Source: Octopus vulgaris
Lineage: Eukaryota
Direction of reading: 5' to 3'
Assembly (NCBI GenBank): GCA_951406725.2
Contig: OX597824.1
Location: 72,478,001-72,542,000 of the forward strand
DNA: 64,000 nt
This document shows positions 38,305 to 52,825 of this stretch, one piece after another. Each line of letters opens with the position of its first letter. Position 1 is the first letter of the stretch. The position numbers and the translations under genes are program-made. The notes under the pieces were generated by a model. It saw only the letters and a list, made by a program, of their open reading frames with translations, had not been told where the DNA came from and did not search any database.

Positions 38305-39320
38305 TATATTTATAAAATACAATTAAAAAAAGGAACACTCCGTCGGTTACGACGACGAGGGTCCCAGCTGATATGATCAACGGAACAGCTTGCTCGTGAA
38401 ATTAACGTGTAAGTGGCTGAGCACTCCACAGACACGTGTACCCTTAACGCAGTTCGCAAAGAGATTCAGCGTGACACAGTGTGTGACAAGGCTGGCCCTT
38501 TTTTGAAATACAGGTACTACTCATTTTTGCCAGCTGAGTGGACTGGAGCAACGTGAAATAAAATGTCTTGCTCAAGGACACAACGAGTCGCCGGGAATCG
38601 AACTCACAACCTTACGATCATGAGCCGAATGCCCTAGCCACTAAGCCACGCGCTCTCGCTATAATACAATTAAGATTCAGTTGAATTACGTACTTAAATA
38701 GAGGCATCTTGTTAGGTATGAGTAACATGCACACCCAGCAATATTAAGTGAATATCAGCTTTGGTGCATAAGTGCCGGCCACATGATATTCTTGCAGTGT
38801 ATGCAGATAATAAGACCCAGCTGAGTGAACAAATCTGCTCTTAGCTTTTCACACATGTACTTTATATTAAAAAATACTGTCTATAATATTTACGAAGAGC
38901 AAGATTCCAGGATAGGTGAATAAAATATATGTGAGTAACAAAGAGGCAGTAAATACATTACGGCTGTTTCCAACGACTTCTTTACTTGATTAATGAAAAC
39001 ATTACATCATTGTAAAGAAACCGTTTTCGTCAGATGAATTTATGAGCTTCAAACATATTTTTACTCCGTGAATTTGTAACTATGTTAAATAAAAGTCAAA
39101 TGGTCCTTTATGTTTGAAGCTCATGAGTTCACCTGACGAAAACAGCTTCTTTACAATTAAGTAATGTTTTCAGTAATCAATTAAAGGAGTCGTTGAAAAC
39201 GGCAGTAATAGATTGACACCTGTACCTCTTTGTTACTCACTTATATTTTATGTATGTATATATATATATATGTGTGTGTATATATATATATATATATATG
39301 TATGTATATATATATATATG

Positions 39321-39366
<46 letters not shown>

Positions 39367-39481
39367 AGCGCACGCGTGTCCGTGTGTGTGTAGTGTGTAT
39401 AACTCTTATCCCAAGTAGTATGCGTGTGCTTATAGAGAAATGAAAAATAAGAGGTAGAAAAAATTATTATTTCATCCTTAC

Positions 39482-39602
39482 CGTATTTGTGTAGGATAAA
39501 GCTCAGGTGTGTATATATAGATTCCGCTGAAGGTGGCACTAAGTCCCAGCATGGACACTAGATATAATGTCACAAATATTTTTTCAGTTGTCTTGTTATT
39601 CT
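39482..39602 (-). CDS. SLC22-family transporter, exon 8
   Basis: atttacag / gtaagg; ...IYIYTPELYPTQIR (ELYPT motif). Confidence 0.92.
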
Positions 39603-39636
39603 CTGTAAATAGAGAAATCATTATAATTTGGCGTAA

Positions 39637-39757
<121 letters not shown>

Positions 39758-40687
39758 CATACAGCGAGAGAGAGAGAAAGCAAGAGAGAAGGAGAGAAAG
39801 GGCATTAGTTCTCTGTAATGCAATAAAGTGCTCCCTGATGATCCGTTCTGGTTAAGCACTCAAATACACTTGGAGCATCCATTGCTAAGTTCAAAATAAC
39901 CAGAAATATATGTAGGAACTAATAATAACTAGTATATATTATATATAAATATATAAATATATATTTAAATGATATAGATAAAAAAAACTAATATTATATT
40001 ATATTATATTATATTATATTATATTATATGTATAACGAAATATATTTTTTGTCATTCGTTATATTTCGTGTTTATTGGTACCCAAATTTAAACACCTTCC
40101 TTTCTGCTTAGGTAACCCACTATGGTGCCCATCCTTTGTCTCGCCTGGAATATTTGACCGTGGAGTTGCAATCAATATTAATAGTATATGTGCCTTTCTG
40201 CCTGCTTAATTCTTTCAGTTCGAGCCTTTCTCTAGGCAAGTTAATATGGTTATTTCCTCGGCACGATTTTCTAAGCTCCAATCCCAAATTGTATTTATAA
40301 CCATGCTTATCGATGTGCAAGCATATTGCATCTGTAATGGGGATTCGAAACTGGATCCCTTGATACGCGGTCAAGCATCACGACCAAATCACAATGGTTT
40401 CACATGATCGGTCTAAGCAACCAATCAATGTCAAGTCATCACGTAATTCAATTTCCTAAAATTCGTTTCCTCGTGCCCTATAAAACATCGCTTTGGGCGG
40501 TAATTGTTGAATGCTGAAGCAGCTGAGCGATATGTGTCTTCATTCTTGTTACACCAGACGGAGCGCATTTTTACAGCCAGTCGACTGAGGAAGACGGCTA
40601 AGATAAATAACAGGAACCTTCGTTGCCACGAATATAGTACAATTGTTTTCAGTTATGTTGAGCAAGTAGCTGATTGCAGTATCAATA

Positions 40688-41564
40688 CAGGGTGTTCCAA
40701 AAAATTTGATATCATTTCGCAATCTAATAACTTTGCCAGTTCTTGTTCAAATGACTTAAATTTTTAATATATGTAGAAACAGGTCAAAAATGTATGTTTA
40801 ATGTTTGATATGTTCATCTTTTCAAGTTTAGAAATAACATTTACTGGAAGAGAAAACGCGTTCTATGTGTTGGAGTATGCTCGAACACATTCGGACAATA
40901 CTGTGCAGCGTGCATTGGTGAGAGAGTTCTCACCAACGGCAATGCAGATTTGGACATGGCACAAAAAATTCAAAGAGGAAGGCTATCTGTGTTGAACAAA
41001 AGGATCTCGACGACCACTAACATCGGAAGAGACGGTCGAGCGGGTTCACCAAAAACTCTTGCGAAGCCTCAAGAAGTCCATAAGAAGAACAAGTCTGGAA
41101 ACCCAGATTCCTCCAACGACAATTTGGCGCGTCCTGAGGAAACGCTTGCTAATGAAACCCTACAGGCTGCAGCTCATTCAGGCCATAACGGCCGATGACG
41201 AGCGAAAGCGCAAACATGGGGCTATGTGAAGGGTCTGGTCTATATCCCACCTCTTCCTGCAAACCTTGAGGAACACGAGCAGAGAATCACTACCGCACTG
41301 AAGACTGTTACCCAAGACATGCTGCAGAGTGTTTGGGAGGGACTGGACTACCGTCTTGACGTGTGCCGTACCTCAGGCGGTGCGCATATTGAACATTTGT
41401 GAAATTGTTCATGGAATCCATATACCTCTGAATTTCTCATTCAAATTTGGAGGAATAAATCTTATGTTGCTCAACATTAAGCCTGTTTAATTTCATTTGC
41501 TTTGACTATGTAGTTTTTGTGATATTTACGTCTCAAATTATATCAAATGTTTTTAAATACCCTG
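40688..41564 (+). mobile_element. Internally deleted Tc1/mariner-superfamily element
   Basis: TA-cagggtgtt...ataccctg-TA ends; HTH-like IWTWHKKFKEEG and C-terminal WGYVKGLVY...GGAHIEHL remnants. Confidence 0.8.
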
Positions 41565-41953
41565 TAGTTTGCCATAAACGCCAAACAGTACCTTTCTCTC
41601 CCTATGTAATTATTACTGCAAAAGGCCAACATAGTTTGTAATCATTGCTGCAAAAAGGCTAATACGGTTTGTCTTTATGTGCGATCATAAAATCTTTTAA
41701 ATGTTCGCTGGTGTTACTTCAACACACAGCTTAAGAAACATATTTTCATTCATCATCTCCACAAACAAGCTATTACAGAAGTCAACAACAAAAAGAACTA
41801 TACACATAGGTAAGCAACACATCGTTTGAAAGCCATGAACTCACAAGATTGTGTTTCATTTAATATCGCTTGATGTTCGTTTAATAAGTTTTTATAGTTG
41901 CTCCAGCGTGTTAAATGATCCATTTAATCTACTTGTTATGGAAATTATCGTAA

Positions 41954-42345
41954 TCTGTATATATATAAAGCTGAAGTTGTCTGTGTATGGCAGGTTTGGT
42001 AGCCTTCAACTAACACTATCTCCTCCGAGATCCTGCGGCGCAAGTTGACCAAAATTGATAGTATGATAGAAGAAGGCTTGCTCTTCATTCTGTAGAAGAA
42101 AAAATTGAAATCGGACCATGTTAACACCAAAAAATATTTACATCAAAAAGGTGCTTTTCTTCTTTGAAAATCCCTATTTTTTACTATTTTTTTACTGCTG
42201 TGTCGCCATTTTTCGGTGTATTTCAACCAGAAAAATGTTCACTTAAAGAGAATAACAAGCTACATAATGCAAAATTTTTACTTTTCAAAAATTCCAATTC
42301 TAAAGGGTCGAAACAAACCCGAGCAACGCTGGGCGATACTGCTAG
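41954..42345 (+). mobile_element. Non-autonomous Helitron
   Basis: A|TC start, cccgagcaacgctgggcgatactgCTAG|T end. Confidence 0.82.
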
Positions 42346-42466
42346 TTGTATAATAAATCTGAAACCAATATCGTCATTTCTTTATTTATGTATGTGCGTA
42401 TGTTCTGCTAAGAAAACTTTTTTTGTTATTTTAGAGGAAGTATTTTATATGAAATGGTTACATTAC

Positions 42467-42552
42467 CTGCAAGTAACATCAAGAGACCAGCTGAAAATGT
42501 TAGTATCGCCGTAAAAGTCTTTGAAAATATCAACGATATTTTATGACCAAAC
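42467..42552 (-). CDS. SLC22-family transporter, exon 7
   Basis: ttactag / gtaatg; (R)FGHKISLIFSKTFTAILTFSAGLLMLLA. Confidence 0.88.
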
Positions 42553-43080
42553 CTAGTAATGAAAAAAACAGAGTTGTTTGATGCAAGTATAATTTTTTCA
42601 CGCTTGCGCTGCGCATGCAAGCGTGTTTGTATCACATGCATTTCGTCCGTCGCTACCTTCTGAGTTCAAATTCCGCCAAGGTCAACTTTGCCTTTCATCC
42701 TTTCGGGTTTGATAAAAAAAGTACTAGTTGAGTAGCACTTCCGAAATTGCTGGCCTTGTACCAAAATTTAAAACCAATGTTAGTTGTATCTCTCCATTAA
42801 TTTACTTCGTAGGCTGTACTGCTTAGTATCTAAATCGTGGTTCCAACTCCTAGACCGGGTGTCGCGTTGTGTTCTTGAGCAAAACACTTCGTCTCACGTT
42901 GATCTATGATCACTTCAACACCTGGCGTGTAGTACACCATGCACCTGTCCAGGCTACGTCGATTTGCTAATGTATAGCATATACATTTGATCTCTATAAA
43001 TAAACCATTTGTGCAGTTGTTCAGCAAAGAACTGCAGAACCGTCTTTCTCGGACTACGAGAAACTACCGCTATATAACTA

Positions 43081-43615
43081 CCGTAAATCTTCGAGTATAA
43101 TCCGCATTTTCCCCCCAATATTTAAAGGTCAAAATCCCTAGTGCGCACTATATACGAGGTTAAAAATGAAAATTATTTTCTAAGCAATGTCCGAGTCTCT
43201 ATTTGCTGTCCGGCAATGTTTATTCAGACGCATTTTGTGATGTCGGGCGCGAAAATACCTTAAGCTAAGCCAGAAAGCAATGAAGTCATAAAAGAATCAT
43301 CCATAACTTGCAGTAAGCAACATTTATTAAACGTTATTACTATTATTACTGTTATTTCTTTATTTTCTGCAAACAAAATGCACAAAAAAGCTACACGTTT
43401 GCATTATGTTATATATATATATATATATATACAATAATAATAAAGGACATTACCGTATATATTTTTACAAACCAAGGACGTTATATCGACCTACTTGACT
43501 CAAGTTAGAGAAGGGGTGAGTATTATACACAAGGTTTAGGTTTTTCAGAGGTACAACCCACTAAAAATCCCCTGCGTATTATACTCAGGGGCGGACTATA
43601 CTCGAAGATTTACGG
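43081..43615. mobile_element. pogo/Tigger-like MITE
   Basis: TIRs ccgtaaatcttcgagtataatccgc / gcggactatactcgaagatttacgg. Confidence 0.75.
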
Positions 43616-44116
43616 CAATGTAGACGACAGAAAAAGTTGTTATATATCCCGTGGAATTCGGATGTTGAATCTGCTGTAAACTGTATAACTGTACTAACAG
43701 CTATACGCAAATGGCATCATCATTTTGACCTCCCAATTTAAGAGACTTAACCTATATTGTCAATTTATAGGTTACTTGACATATAGGTTATAGGTTATAG
43801 GTTTTATTCTTGTTTACTAGAATAAAACAAATGGATGTTTCAGGGCGTTGCTACAAATGTTTCCGTAGCATATTGTATTTATTCAAAACAAGTGTGCTTG
43901 TATAGCTTAATCTGTAACATTCAGTAAGTTCACATTTTCAAATAGTACCATTTCTTTAGATGATATTACTCCGAATATTTTTAGGTGATACATAACCAAA
44001 TATTTTAATATGCATCTGTATTTGTTCATGTATGTGTGTATTCATGGGTATGTGTGCATGTATATTTTTGTACTTCAAATTATGCATACATAGATATATG
44101 TGTGTACAAATCTTAC

Positions 44117-44251
44117 CTGTTCACTCCCAGCGAGTAAAATATTGAAGAAACAAGTTCAGCCACAGCCAGCATCGTAAAGTTGAAATATACACTTCCTCCT
44201 AAAGCCTCCACCATGAAGTAGAGACTGGTGAATGATGTTATGTCTATCATC
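44117..44251 (-). CDS. SLC22-family transporter, exon 6
   Basis: gtgatag / gtaaga; (W)MIDITSFTSLYFMVEALGGSVYFNFTMLAVAELVSSIFYSLGVN; not in the ORF track. Confidence 0.9.
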
Positions 44252-44942
44252 CTATCACATAAGGAAAAACAGAAATTATATTCCCACGGTACGTCATCGA
44301 TTCGGTTAGTTCACTTACAGAAGTCAAATTATATCTTCGGCCCCTGTGACTAATGTTTTTCTCAAAGTTGGTCCGAATAGCATAATGTCTGAATAAATTA
44401 ACTAAAAGCATGTTACTAAGTCATACTCACGAGAAAGTATAGCGTTATAATACAGTTGGAAGGAAATAGGTTTGCACAATCATCCGGCTGTGTGCAGTTG
44501 TGCAGCCTGGATGACCGTGAAATTTACATATACTCAATTTACATGATATAAGCGATTATTTGGTGAACGTTTTGTTAAAAAGTATCCATTTACCTGGAGG
44601 TTATGGGGCAACACATTCGGTGGGGGTATTAAACTGTAGTTAAGCTTTTTTTCAATAAAAGTTAGCGTTAATGGATTAACTTTAACTTCCGTTACATTTT
44701 CAAAGAATAAACGGATTAACGAAGTTAACTTTTCAATTAACGGTGCCCACCTCTGTATACACACACACATGCATGTGTGTATATATATATATACACAATA
44801 AAAATCTATAATTATAAGCATAATTATGATTTATAATTATAGAAAACTTGTATAAGGTTACCGATAACGGTTCTTCTAACATACCGAACTACTTGGTAAA
44901 ATTATTTATTATTAATTGATTAATTAATTTTACCCTTTATTT

Positions 44943-45017
<75 letters not shown>

Positions 45018-45204
45018 ATGTATGTACCTGTATACCTTCATACGTATATGCATGCACACACGTGTGCAAACTACAGAGAAAGAAGAAAGGTAGATGTAAG
45101 TGAACGTGTTCAGTCAAGAATCCATAGACTTAGGATTGATAGAAATATGAATACTTTCACAATTTAATTGAAATTAACAAAAATAATCAATTATTTGGTC
45201 TCAC

Positions 45205-45579
45205 CAGCAGATGGAAATGGCAATAGTAATTTTCCTTAGGTAAGGTGTTTTAAAAATAGCCTTCACCTGGATAAATTTTGACATTTCTTTTTCACTCGGT
45301 TGCTCTGAGGTGTCTGTCGTTGCGATGTCTTTCTTAACGTGGTCTTCTGTGTGGTTAACTGCTGCATCGTCTGCCTGAACTTGGAGGTCACGATGTCGGT
45401 TGTCAGGATTATTTCCATCCCTCTGATTGGCTGCTTCTTGCACTGGGTTATTTTTTAATGCTATGCTCCAGATGTGTTCAAAGTCAACGTTATTCTGTTT
45501 AGCAGCCATTTTGATTACCTTTTTAGCTTGCTTTACTTTCGAATTAGCGAAAAGCCATCGGATAGATTCCGCCAGGAAA
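45205..45579 (-). CDS. SLC22-family transporter, exon 5 (central cytoplasmic loop)
   Basis: tttctag / gtgaga; FLAESIRWL (PESPRWL-like)...IFKTPYLRKIT. Confidence 0.92.
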
Positions 45580-46602
45580 CTAGAAAAATTAGATATAAGA
45601 AATATCAAATGCATACATATTATTAATTCAAAATAGCAATTTGTGTATCATATATAAAGTATATACATAGTTGAAAGTATGTTAAACTATTGTACTTATC
45701 TCGAGATGGCATCATTTATAGACGTGTTATGTTAAAAAAACCACAGATATATATCAGTAGTAGACGAAAATCGAGATGCGTGTGAAATTCCTTAGTATAA
45801 TTTCACACGCATACTTAGTGTGAAATTAAGGGATTTTGCCTTCGTTTCTTAAAAACTTTCGATATTGTTTTAATTTCATTTAAAGGTAATAAATATTTTT
45901 TTTCTTTCGAAAGAAACTATTCATTTCATCATTTTGCATAAACTCTAGTAAATTTTATAAATGTTAAATTATATTTATTGTATATATTTGCGATATTACT
46001 GAGAGGTAATACTTATGCCCACGTACTCTATTAGAACAAACTATACTGTGGTAGTTACCAGAAGAGAAGTTCCCATATTGGCTTTTTGGTGTAAAATGCA
46101 CTCTTATTATATCGTTACCAGGAAGATAATTCCCCGCTAACTCAAGCGCCGAGACAACCAGATCACGGGATTTCGACCTTGTTTGGTCTTGTCAATGATG
46201 GACACTTGACTGCTAGAGGCAGCGGCAATTCATCTCCTGCCAGCGATATATAAATTGACAGTCGCAGAACAGCCGCTAGAGACGCGATGAGTCAGTTAGC
46301 TTGTTAAGAAATATAAATCAGCGCTAGCGGTTGTGAAAGGTAATATTTATACCCACTTCAACGTGGATGTTCCGATTGAACAAACTATACTGCGGTAGTT
46401 ACCATGAGTGAAGCTTTTATATTGCACTCTTGTTTATAAAGCTAGCGGGAAGATAAATTCCTGCTACCTCCAACGCCATGACTGAGGCTTGAGACCCGAG
46501 ACCCGTCGACGTTTAAATGGGTATAAATATATTTATTGTATCTCTGGCATGTTTCCTGAGATTACTCATGGTGACAAAGGAGTGAAAGAGATAGATACTC
46601 AC

Positions 46603-46805
46603 AAAACCTCTATGTTAAAACATCCTGAGATAGTAGCATTGAACAAATAAATGACATTCCAACAGTAATCTTTGAGCAAGTACGCTGCCGCCCCACCAAG
46701 AGTACTCCATACACTCCATAACACAGTCGATAATCCACTCATTAAAACTCGCTTCTTTTTCGAATAAAGTTCCGGAATAGCAGCGAAAGTGGTGATCAAG
46801 TAAGC
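46603..46805 (-). CDS. SLC22-family transporter, exon 4
   Basis: ttttgcag / gtgagt; AYLITTFAAIPELYSKKKR...AYLLKDYCW. Confidence 0.9.
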
Positions 46806-46983
46806 CTGCAAAATATATGGTTACGTATATTTCCATTGAAGCGAATATATGTGAATGATTAACGGTTTACAGTATACTCCATAGCCCATTAATACTTAGA
46901 TTCATCACTGTAGAAGACCTTGTATACAGTGACAGTAATCATCTAAGGAAAAGTAGGTAATATATATCTTGTGTGTGTGTGTG

Positions 46984-47025
<42 letters not shown>

Positions 47026-47149
47026 ATGTTGTGTGTGTGTGAGTATGTGTGTATAATACATACACATATGCATATATATAATGACCAGATTAGTGAGTCG
47101 TATTGTTTCGATACAATATATGTCTTATGTATGTATATAATTATTTAAA

Positions 47150-47181
47150 GTACGGAAACTGAAAGAAGCCCGTCGTATATA

Positions 47182-47231
<50 letters not shown>

Positions 47232-47452
47232 TGTGTGTGTTTGTGTGTCTGTGTTTGTCCCCCTAGCATTGCTTGACAACCGATGCTGGTGTGTTTATGT
47301 CCCCGTTAATTAGCGGTTCGGCAAAAGAGACCGATAGATAAGTACTGGGCTTACAAAAGAATAAGTCCCGGGGTCGAGCTGCTCGATTAAAGGCGGTGCT
47401 CCAGCATGGCCGCAGTCAAATGACTGAAACAAGTAAAAGAGTAAAAGAGTAA
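47150..47452 (+). mobile_element. SINE family A, 5'-truncated
   Basis: Matches the 3' two-thirds of the consensus. Confidence 0.8.
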
Positions 47453-47688
47453 GTATAGTATGTTCTGTCTTAATACCCTGGTATTATCGTCGGGTACCTC
47501 TGCTTAGTAATAGTCAAAGGGGAGTAAAAAGTTGGGAGAAGATAGAAATATGCATTAACAGAAAGAACTCTGAAAAACATACACCCACTCTCAGTCGCTT
47601 GCACAAATACCCACAGCCTATGATCTTTTTCCCGCTGAAGGAAAAATAAAAGTCTACTGTAAAATAAAATCCTCAATAAAACACATAC

Positions 47689-47919
47689 CTCTCGGAAAAT
47701 CCCTGCAAAGAACCGCATCAATGCAAACACGGCATAGGACGGTGAAAATGCACAAATTAAATTGATGATGACTAGTAAAAAATTACTCAAAATCCGGGGA
47801 GGTTTTCTTCCAAATCTGTCAATGAAATATGGTGATGCCAATCCGCCAAAGAGTTGACCAAAAATATATATCGTCTGACTAGTCTCTGCTAGACCTGTTC
47901 TGTTACATACTAGATCCCA
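47689..47919 (-). CDS. SLC22-family transporter, exon 3
   Basis: tttgcag / gtatgt; WDLVC...IDRFGRK (MFS motif A)...LMRFFAG. Confidence 0.95.
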
Positions 47920-48154
47920 CTGCAAATATAAAAATACTTGTGATGTGATTTCTCTGATCAGCAACACGGCTTAAAATTTTCTAGTATAAGGACATTTAAT
48001 TACATCAAAAGCAGCACTTTAGTATTTCTTGTTTCATAGGTACATTTTTTCTTATTAAGGGTTTTATTTTTTGATTTAAAGAATTTTATGGGGTTCGACC
48101 TATAGCATTAGGCCTCTAAAATTGCACACAAACGATATTAGACAAATGACAAAA

Positions 48155-49495
48155 TATTGGATCATCCCATAAATAACGCGTTTTTTAATACTTCTTTTAT
48201 TTTTCAAAATTAAGATAAAGTTCTTTTTTAATCTAAAATATACTCTCCTTCATTTTCTACAATGCTCTTCCATCTAACTGGTAGACTTGCAAGGCCCCTC
48301 TTCCAAAATTCAATTGTCTGTGACAAAAAATACCCCTCCCAGTATTCGTCTACAGAATTCATATTTTTTTCCGTCCAAATGATTTTGAAGACTGAGGAAT
48401 AAATGATAATCAGATGGGGCAATGTCTGGCGAATATGATGTGGGGAGCATCGTTTACCATTCAAACTGCTCCAGCCTTTGAAATGTCATCCTCGCTGTAT
48501 GTGGCCGATCTTTATCTCGATGAAAGAACACCTTTCGGCTTGAAACTAAAAATGGTGGCTTTTCTTCCAGCACTGATTTAAGCCACTCAAGCTGCTCGCA
48601 ATAGATCTCCTTTACTATCCTTTGATTTGGGTTTAAAAGTTCAGGGTGGACTAAATCTTTCATATCCCACCAAACAGACAACAACACGTTACGTGGATGA
48701 AGACCTTCTTTAACCTGGGGTGCCGGTGTTTCTCCTTTCCCTGCTCATTGTCCTCGGCGCTTGACATTTTTATAGGGAACCGATTTCTCGTCACCAGTTA
48801 CTATTCAGTCCAAAAAAGGTTCATTCGTGAGACATGACAGCAAAGAAGAGCACACATTCACTCTCTGCCCGCGATTAGACTCGTAAGTTTGTGAGGAACC
48901 CATTTACCCAATTTGCTGACTTTTCCAATGGCACGCAGGTGCCGATGAATGATTGAATGACCAAATCCAAACTTCTCTGCTACTTCTTCAACATTTACAA
49001 TAGGATTGTATGCCACCAGGTCTTGCAGGGCGTCCTTGTCGAGCTCTACGCACCTTTCAGGACGAGGCTCGTGTTCTAGGCTATAGTTTCCGGCTTGGAA
49101 TTTCTGGAACCACCGTTGACACTGGCTTATGCTTATTGTCTGATCCCCATATACTGCATTAATATGACTTGCACTTTCCGTTGCATCGTTGCCTTTATTG
49201 AACTCATAAAGCAAAATATGCCGAATATACACCTTTGTCACTTCCACCATAGCTTTGAAAAAATGTTAAAATGGAACTGTACTCATCAAAACTTGCACTA
49301 AGAATAAGTATAAGGTAAAATTACTACCTGCTTTTATAACAAGCTGATGCAGGTAGTTTATCTCGTCTCCCTTCTCTGCCCATTGTCCTAAGCGGTTGAC
49401 ATTTCTATAGTTAACCCATTCTCATCACCAGTCACTATTCAGTCCAAAATTTCATGCAATTGAAAAAACCGCATTATTTTCGGTCTGACCCAATA
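48155..49495 (-). mobile_element. Near full-length degenerate mariner
   Basis: Imperfect TIRs; YIRHILLYEF, WFQKF, KWVPH, VTGDEK, LSVWWD motifs. Confidence 0.9.
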
Positions 49496-50419
49496 TAAAC
49501 AATTTTTTGTTTCTCTTACAAAATCCTCAAAGAATTGAGCCCTAAAAAATGTTCTCCAATCATGGCGGCTATAATTGTTTCCTTTACATAGACAAAATCA
49601 TTGTACATAATGAAAATAATATTGCATCTCACCGTCACTAGTCTCAGAGAGCACATGAAGTCATTACAATGTTACGCTATGACTTTTTGATAGCCTTTCC
49701 TGGCGATCTCACGTTCATGGTATAGCAAAAATTGTATTCTAAAGACTAGTTTTTCCCTTCAGAGTCAGGGAGCAGTTTAATTCAGATCAGTTATTAGCCT
49801 TCCGCGTTCAATTACTCACAAATGTACTATTTCCTTTCTATGGCTTTCCTAGTGCTATTAAAATGAGTTCTTTCATAGAGTCGGATGGTCTCGCACATTC
49901 TGCACTCAGGCACTTCCAACCCATTATTCTTTCCACTCCTTGTTACCTTTGTTATTACCGAACATCCAACACTCTTCACAAACTAAAATACCCAGTCCTT
50001 CCTCCTCGGAACATCGGCTCTCAAGAATAACCTTCATGATCAAGTCTTCTCCGTGGGTATTGCTATGAATTAAACAGAACCTTGTTCGTATCACTATTTC
50101 CAGTCTCAGAGGTGAAGTAGGGTAGAACAATCGGATATTGCTTCTACATCTGAAACGATATCACTTTTTCCATGCGCATACATCATATATAATATCGAAA
50201 AACAATCTATCCTACTGATTGGCAAATACTGATTTACCAATTGTATTACAAGCTCGCACCCACAAACGCTCCGTCTCCGCTTTCTTTGTTTTTTTTTTTG
50301 CTATTACAACAACCCCTCTTTCTCTGAACTAGCTTGCTGCAATCTTTCTCCAACTAAGTTTACCCGATACACCTCTGTCTCTTCTTGTCATCCATTCACT
50401 GTCCACTCTAAATTCTATT

Positions 50420-52659
50420 TAGAGTGGACTCAATGAAATTATGAGAGGTCCTACGAAAACACCTGATTCGTTAGCAAGAAGTATTACTTACCTACTCCCG
50501 AAGAATAATGAAATCAAATTTCCCCAAACATCTCCCACGTATAAACTTTTAACGTCCATCCTCGTGGAGAAAACATACAAATTTATGGAACAGAACTATA
50601 TTTTCCCCTCTGAACAAAAAGAGCTCATATGGATGCAAAGACCAACTCTTAATCAATCGCATGGTCCTTGAGAACTGTCATAACAAACACAAATCTCAGT
50701 TCTACATGGATTGATTATAAAAAAGGCATTCGACAGCATACCACATTCATGGATCTTGAAATCGCTGAATTTCTTCAAAATTTCTCCTGTGATTTCAAAA
50801 CTTTTTGAAGCACAACATGTCTATGTAGAATACGAATCTCCAAATGTGCCACTCTAATGAAGTACTGACCACAAAAAATAATATCGACTGCGGCATTTTC
50901 CAAGGTGACACACTTTCATCTTTAATTTTCTGCATAGCCCTAATACCCCTTGCAAGTGAACTTAACAGAACAGGGTATGGATATAAAATTGGCGACAAGA
51001 AAATAAGTAATCTATTTGATACGTAAAACTTTATGGCAAAGACGATATGAGCTTGAAAGACTACCATGTACTGTGAAAGCATTCAGTGATGACATTGGGA
51101 TGGAATTTGGTTTTGATAAATGTGCCAAGGCCACTTTCCAGAAAGGGAAGCTGAAGACCTCACATTCAGTGAATTTGGATGTTGACACAGTTATAAAAGA
51201 ATTCGAGCAGGAACAAACTTACAAATACCTCGGAATAAATTCAGCATGTAAGTATGAAAGAGAAGATCAGGAAGGAGTGTTACAGGAGAGTTTGGGCAAT
51301 CCTCAAATCCGAGTTAAATGCACGTAACAAGGTGTTAGCTATAAATTCTTTAGCGTTCCGGCTGTTATTTACAGTTTCAATGTGTTGAACTGAAATATGA
51401 GCGAAATAAGGAGGTCGCGGCTTGATCCAATTTGAAATCTCCTACAAAACCACTACAATTGGACTGGCAAAATTTCTTGAAACATCTAATGACTGGATGC
51501 TAAAACACGTTGAGGACCATGAAAGACGTAAGAAGCTACATTCTGTTATGAAGGAGAGCAAAATATTTTCAAGTGAGCTTATGCATAATACCCAGGTTGA
51601 ACAGCACGATGGATGTGCAGCAACTGTAGTTTCAAAGAAGTTTAAATCAATAGCAAAGCAAAATGCGTTTGAACAACTGGCTGATATGTGGAAACAAAAA
51701 CCTCTGCATGGAAAATATGTGACCCGTAGCAAACAAGCTGGTGTAGACCAGAAGCATACCCATCAGTGTCTATGGAGAGTGAAGGCTTTATCTTGGCTGC
51801 CCAAGATCAGAACTTATTGACCCAGAACTATCAAGCCAATGTGATCAAAAATGGTGTAGACCCAAAGTGCCGATACTGCAACGATGGGATAGAAACAGTG
51901 GACCACCTAATCTCTGGATGTAAAGTTTTAGTACCTGTAGAGTACAAATCAAGACATGACAGAGTTGGCCAATATCGACATTGGATAATGTGTCGGCTTT
52001 ATAAAATCAAAACCGCTGACAAATGGTACAAGCGCTACCCTGAGGCTGTAACTGAGGGAGAAAATGTAACGATTCTTTGAGACTTACCAGTATGTACAGA
52101 CCGGACCATCAAGGCAAACAAACCAGATATTGTTGTGAAAGATCAAAACAGTAAAGTCTGTTTATTGATTGACATGAGCATACCTTGTGACCATAATATC
52201 TCGACAAAAGAATTTGATAAGCTCAGAAAATATAAAGATTTGCTCATAGAAATCGAAAAGATGAGACGTCTCAAGATGGTTACAATACCAGTGATTGTAG
52301 GAGCACTTGGAATGAACAAAAACGGAACTGAAAATTATTTAAGAATGGTCCCTGTCTTACCATCCATACAGGAAGTGCAAAAGATTGTCTTAACTGGTAC
52401 GTTACACGTATTGAGAAGAGCATTGTCGCTGTGAATTTTCTTTCCCTTTTCCCCCCTTTATTTTCTTTGTTTATTTTTATATTTTTTATTTTTTCCTTTT
52501 TCTCTTTCTTCCCCCTTTTCTCTATCACATGACTTTGTAAATGGACTATTTGGTGCGTTTATTTTAATGGCCTACCAATTTATACAGTGCGTTTCTCTAC
52601 CCTAAGTGTCAGGAAGACACTCGGTAAGAAATGGAAACGGAATTGAAGAAAGATGATAA

Positions 52660-52660
<1 letters not shown>
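50420..52660 (+). mobile_element. Second, degenerate R4/Dong-like LINE
   Basis: Homologous to 34614-36870, with frameshifts; ends in (TAA)n. Confidence 0.9.
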
Positions 52661-52693
<33 letters not shown>

Positions 52694-52744
52694 GTAATAA
52701 TAATGATAATAGCGACAATAACAACGACGACGACGACGACGACG

Positions 52745-52788
<44 letters not shown>

Positions 52789-52825
52789 AATTATAATAAT
52801 AATAATAATAAGGTAGTTAACCTGC

